Positions 62,100-64,000 of a stretch of DNA of 64,000 bases are shown here, one piece after another (the stretch's first letter is position 1; each line of letters begins with the position of its first letter). Under the pieces are notes generated by a model, which saw only the letters and a list, made by a program, of their open reading frames with translations, was not told the DNA's origin and searched no databases. This DNA is from Octopus bimaculoides (lineage: Eukaryota), in assembly GCF_001194135.2 (NCBI RefSeq), contig NC_068982.1, positions 133,557,883 through 133,621,882 on the forward strand. The letters run 5' to 3'. Both the position numbers and the translations under genes were made by a program.

Positions 62100-62690
62100 T
62101 GTTTCTAACAAGCACAAGGCCTGAAATTTTGTAGGTAGGGGTTTAGTTGATTATAGTGATTCCAATACTTGAATGGTATTTTGTCTGTCTTTATGTTCTG
62201 AGTTCAAATTCCGCCGAGGTAGACTTTGCCTTTCATCCTTTTGGGGTTGATAAATTAAATACTAGTTGCATACTGGGGTCGATCTAATCGACTGGACCCT
62301 CCCCAAAAATTTCGGGCCTTGTGTCTAGAGTAGAAAAGAATACTTGAATGGTACTTTATTTTATTGACCCTGGAAGGATAACAGGCAAAATTGATCTCAG
62401 TGGAATTTCAACTCAGAATTGAATAATAATAAGGGAAATGATGCATTTTCTGTTTCATTTGGTACATCATCAATTTCTTTTCTATTCTAGGCACATGGCC
62501 TGAAATTTTTGGGGAGGGGGCCAGTCGATTAGATTGATCCCAGTAGCAACTGGTACTCAATTTGTTGACCCAGAAAGGATGAAAGGCAAAGTCAACCTCG
62601 GTGGAATTTGAACTCAGAACATAAAAAACAGACGATATACCGCTACGCATTTCGCTCAGCATGCTGATGTTTCTGCCAGCTAGCCGCCTT
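62100..62690. mobile_element. Cluster of family 'B' SINEs in opposite orientations
   Basis: Plus copy at about 62190-62340, minus copy at about 62480-62690, fragments between and around them. Confidence 0.8.
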
Positions 62691-63339
62691 GGTACATCGT
62701 CAATATTACTATAAAAGTATTTTAGCTATTATTATTTGGCCTCGATTTAAATCTCATCCCAGCCATCACCACCCTCTTTTTGTTTTTCTACACATAGTAG
62801 GCCTGAAGTATATTATCCAAATAAACAGTGATTTGAGAGAGATTTGACTGCTATTTCCAGCATGTCAAATGGAAACATAGAGGTTTCCTGGTTAGCTCAG
62901 AGTGGTATAGTTAATTGTATCAGCTACAGGATATTACTGATATCTCTTTTATATATATATAGACTTCAAATATTTGATTGACACCTAATTTAAACTAAGA
63001 ACATAGACAAGACGAAATAGTGCAAGTCAGTTAGTCTGATGTACAAGTATTTCTACTAACTCATTACCTTATGATAAGAGATTATGTGACACAAACTTCA
63101 CACTTGTGATCTTGTATTGCAACAGGTAGCAGCTAAGTGGATAAATAATGGGTGTTGACATCTTAGTTGAAGAGTTAGGAGTTTGCATTCTGTCATATTT
63201 ATGTGCAATGTTATGAATTTAGTAGGGGTGCGTGGGGGAAAAGCACTAGATACTTGGCTCCACCAAAATTAAATAGTATAGAGGTGAAGCAGATACGAAA
63301 AGATAAATTCAGCAAAAAATAGTTGAAATGCTTATTATA

Positions 63340-63670
63340 CTGTGTGGTTGAGAAGCTGGCTTTCCAACAATGTGGTTTCATTTTCAATCTCAGTGCACAA
63401 TATTTTTGGCAAGTGTCTTTTAACGTAGTCTTTGGCTGACCAACGCATTGTGAGTGAATTTGGTAGACAAAAACTGTGCAGAAGCCAATCGTGTGTGTGT
63501 GTGTTTGTCTCCTCATTTACTCCTTGCCAACACCAGTTCAGCAAAAGAGACAACAGAATAGGTACTAGAGACTTAAAAAATACGTCCTGAGGGTTGATTT
63601 ATTCAACTAAAATCCTTCAAGGTGATGCCCCGCATGGCTGCAGTCCAATGACTAGAACAAGTAAATGATA
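63340..63670 (+). mobile_element. Family 'A' SINE, diverged
   Basis: Head, (GT)n centre and CATGGCTGCAGTCCAATGACT tail. Confidence 0.75.
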
Positions 63671-64000
63671 AAAAAAATAAATAGATGTGATAGACAAAGA
63701 AAATCTATCAATAAAATATGATTAAAACCAATTGTGTCAAGGAATTTTTAATTAAAAAAATTTTTTTTTTGATACTTTGCTAACCATACAGACAATTTAG
63801 TATCCAGTGGCAATCTAGTAACCAGTATGAGAGCTCAGGTTTCGCTACCTAAAACAAGGAAGATAACAAGCAAATAGTGTATAAGCTGATTTCTGATATG
63901 CTTCTTTCTGAAGAATCTGTAGAGGCTGAAATATCCGATACCCTGCCCCCTACCTTGAATTACTTCTCTATTCAATTTGATTGGAATAGAGATTACAAAC

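Overview
AT-rich, microsatellite-dense animal genomic DNA from a gapped draft assembly, with N-runs usually beside (TA)n/(CA)n or inside repeats. The SINE and RTE repeat families look like those of an octopus genome; this is an inference from pattern recognition, not a database search. Almost all of the supplied ORF track is artefact (N-runs, microsatellites, decayed transposons). One host coding exon is recognisable and is absent from the track: a minus-strand, splice-bounded exon at 52994-53153 encoding an N-terminus that resembles C12orf4/FERRY3. The rest of the window is probably intron and upstream sequence of that gene. It is filled with tRNA-derived SINEs, 5'-truncated RTE LINEs, a HERO-like remnant, decayed Tc1/mariner elements (a full-length mariner and a maT DD37D element), hAT-, piggyBac- and Tc/mar-type MITEs, and two Penelope-like elements (PLEs) with inverted pseudo-LTRs. 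I cannot demonstrate a new biological system. The best leads are: (1) five minimal hammerhead-ribozyme-like motifs with a recurring non-canonical junction at stem II; (2) a ~75-nt block conserved between the two PLE families at their (TA)n-abutting ends; (3) a ~122-bp near-identical inverted copy of non-TE sequence 3.5 kb from its source; (4) a repeated hairpin carrying a compensatory base change. Coordinates of decayed repeats are approximate (about +/-20 nt) unless TIRs or TSDs are quoted.
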